Part shown: positions 63,349-64,000 of the stretch, in pieces
Layout of the letters: each line of letters starts with the position of its first letter
How positions within the stretch are numbered: position 1 is the stretch's first letter
From: a virus
Length of the DNA: 64,000 nt
IMG/VR virus record: IMGVR_UViG_3300047160_002053
Span: 32,001 to 96,000 of that record
Strand: one strand, 5' to 3'
The notes under the pieces: generated by a model
The model's input: the letters and a program-made list of their open reading frames with translations, nothing else
What the model was told of the DNA's origin: nothing
Database searches by the model: none
Position numbers and translations under genes: made by a program

Positions 63349-63778
63349 GTTTCCTCACTTGTCTGAAAAATTGTTCGTGTTGAGCTTCGACTTTCCCCAT
63401 TTCCAAAAGCTTATGGGCCATAATATATCGGCCTTCTTCGGCAGCTTGAATGGCGATCTTTTCGTAAGAAGCGGTTCCGATCTTTTCCATGATGCCCGCG
63501 ACGAGCATCGGTAATCGCCAGCCGGTTTTATAACACATCCAGCCAATGATTTCGCCCACGATCTCACCGGCCTTATCCAGTTTCTTGTCAGTACACCAAC
63601 CAAGAAGATCGAGCATCTTTTCGATATCGTAGATGTGTTTTAACTCATCGAGTGCGATCTTTTGGATATATTCTTGCTCGGCCTTATTGGTCACGGAACG
63701 CCAATGACCTTCGTAGGCATGATAGGCCGCGATCTCAGCCGCATGAGCAAATCTAAGTTGTCTGGCCAGTTTGCTCAC
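63317..63778 (-). CDS. ferritin-like di-iron protein (Coq7-like)
   Basis: E..A..AY, DELKH, E, E..HE four-helix ligand pattern. Confidence 0.75.
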   Translation of the reverse strand: MSKLARQLRFAHAAEIAAYHAYEGHWRSVTNKAEQEYIQKIALDELKHIYDIEKMLDLLGWCTDKKLDKAGEIVGEIIGWMCYKTGWRLPMLVAGIMEKIGTASYEKIAIQAAEEGRYIMAHKLLEMGKVEAQHEQFFRQVRKREGNQSTTGT

Positions 63779-63986
63779 GAGCGCGCCTTTCCATGTGTTC
63801 TTTAGATCTACGCTCCATATCTAATTTGTATTCTTGGTAGATTTTTTTGGTAGTGATTGCCAATAAATAGCCACGAGACCAAAAGATGACATGCATCTCC
63901 AGACCCTTATAGTAAATAGGTCTTCCTATTGAAATTTCAAATTTTGGGAAAAAAGAAAAAATCTTTCCGCGTCTAAAATGGAGCAT
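63753..63986 (-). CDS. hypothetical protein (77 aa)
   Basis: AGGAGG RBS at the window edge. Confidence 0.6.
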   Translation of the reverse strand: MLHFRRGKIFSFFPKFEISIGRPIYYKGLEMHVIFWSRGYLLAITTKKIYQEYKLDMERRSKEHMERRAREQTGQTT

Positions 63987-64000
63987 AACGCCCTCCTACT

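Noticed and set aside
1-64000. Stop-codon reassignment, as seen in some large phages
   Set aside because: TAA, TAG and TGA all terminate conserved genes at the expected C-termini (e.g. nrdA with TAG, thyX with TGA), and coding density is high under the standard code.
1-64000. tRNA genes, CRISPR array, structured ncRNA
   Set aside because: Intergenic gaps are almost all under 170 bp and are explained by promoters, terminators or small ORFs. I saw no cloverleaf or repeat-spacer pattern by eye; tRNAscan-SE/Infernal would be the definitive check.

Overview
This 64-kb window is a gene-dense segment of a large, probably lytic, contractile-tailed (myovirus-like) dsDNA phage read with the standard genetic code. 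I saw no integrase, tRNA, CRISPR array or host housekeeping operon. Bases 1-6.2 kb (+) hold an accessory block: 5'-truncated ClpP-like protease, CYTH protein, AAA+ ATPase, PLP aminotransferase and small proteins. Bases 7.3-43.4 kb (mostly -) hold a tail/baseplate module: tape measure, hub, spike, a tube-initiator/LysM/gp25 fusion, a 2194-aa baseplate-J, a wedge, a tube-like protein, fibres and two paralogous receptor-binding proteins. Small islands interrupt this module (lytic transglycosylase + DEDDh exonuclease, metzincin lipoprotein, CPBP protease). Bases 43.5-64 kb (mostly -) hold nucleotide-metabolism genes (MazG-like, ThyX, NT5C, NrdAB, deoxyribosyltransferase-like, mini-UDG) mixed with an unusually complete RNA-repair/translation-rescue set. 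That set comprises RNA ligase, PNKP, RlaP-type nucleotidyltransferase, two RNA-repair HADs, metallophosphoesterase, a minimal CCA-type enzyme, a Pth2-like protein, peptide deformylase and an unannotated ArfA-like peptide. The region also has a YgiB/YgiC-like lipoprotein + ATP-grasp ligase pair and two free-standing homing endonucleases, one split by a frameshift. The most notable signals are a recurring AATCTT(T)A motif just upstream of structural operons (candidate phage late promoter), sigma70 promoters placed to give leaderless mRNAs, and the repair/rescue cluster. All product calls come from motif recognition by eye, not from database searches.
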